Assembly: GCF_001194135.2 (NCBI RefSeq)
Contig: NC_069001.1
Location: 8,347,680 to 8,411,679 of the forward strand
Source: Octopus bimaculoides
Taxonomy: Eukaryota
DNA length: 64,000 bases
Direction of reading: 5' to 3'
Part shown: positions 63,473 through 64,000 of the stretch, in pieces
Position numbering within the stretch: the first letter of the stretch is position 1
How the letters are laid out: each line of letters opens with the position of its first letter
Notes under the pieces: model-generated
Database searches by the model: none
Told to the model about the DNA's origin: nothing
The model's input: only the letters and a program-made list of their open reading frames with translations
Position numbers and translations under genes: made by a program

Positions 63473-63766
63473 NNNNNNNNNNNNNNNNNNNNNNNNNNNN
63501 NNNNNNNNNNNNNNNNNNNNNNNNNNNNNNNNNNNNNNNNNNNNNNNNNNNNNNNNNNNNNNNNNNNNNNNNNNNNNNNNNNNNNNNNNNNNNNNNNNNN
63601 NNNNNNNNNNNNNNNNNNNNNNNNNNNNNNNNNNNNNNNNNNNNNNNNNNNNNNNNNNNNNNNNNNNNNNNNNNNNNNNNNNNNNNNNNNNNNNNNNNNN
63701 NNNNNNNNNNNNNNNNNNNNNNNNNNNNNNNNNNNNNNNNNNNNNNNNNNNNNNNNNNNNNNNNNN
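63473..63766. other. Assembly gap (N run); others near 5285, 9473, 33625, 38468, 40394, 41754, 50015, 58842
   Basis: N characters, mostly next to (TA)n or homopolymer runs. Confidence 0.95.
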
Positions 63767-63799
<33 letters not shown>

Positions 63800-64000
63800 G
63801 TATGTGTGTGTGTTTGTGTGTCTGTGTTTGTCCCCTTAGCATTGCTTGACAACCGATGCTGGTGTGCTTATGTCCCTGTCACTTAGCGGTTTGGCAAAAG
63901 ATACTGACAGAATAAGTACTAGGCTTACAAAGAATAAGTCCTGGAGGACAAACACATATGCATATATACATAAACACACACACACAGTCTCCCCTTTTCT

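Noticed and set aside
1-64000. Most ORFs of the six-frame track (poly-SL, HT, YI, Q, N, K runs and X runs)
   Set aside because: They translate microsatellites, low-complexity tracts or N gaps; only those overlapping Vav exons or LINE remnants carry recognisable motifs.

Overview
AT-rich, microsatellite- and SINE-dense animal genomic DNA with several N gaps. The repeat families suggest a coleoid cephalopod such as Octopus (inference). The whole window lies inside one plus-strand Vav-family Rho/Rac GEF gene. I reconstructed 22 GT-AG exons by hand (7900-63419). Their phases chain without a frameshift from the acidic region through DH, PH, C1, N-terminal SH3 and most of SH2. The CH-domain exons lie upstream of the window, and the end of SH2 plus the C-terminal SH3 lie downstream. 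Nearly all ORFs in the supplied track are microsatellite or low-complexity artefacts. Main points of interest: (1) the autoinhibitory acidic exon (Vav1 Y174-type IYEDL helix) occurs as two diverged, phase-incompatible copies, implying mutually exclusive splicing unless a candidate 14-nt linker microexon joins them; (2) several candidate frame-preserving microexons in the PH region and linkers; (3) the C1 domain has lost three of four ligands of one zinc site; (4) a hammerhead-ribozyme-like core on the pre-mRNA strand of the 18-kb intron. All microexon and ribozyme calls are by-eye predictions that need RNA data.
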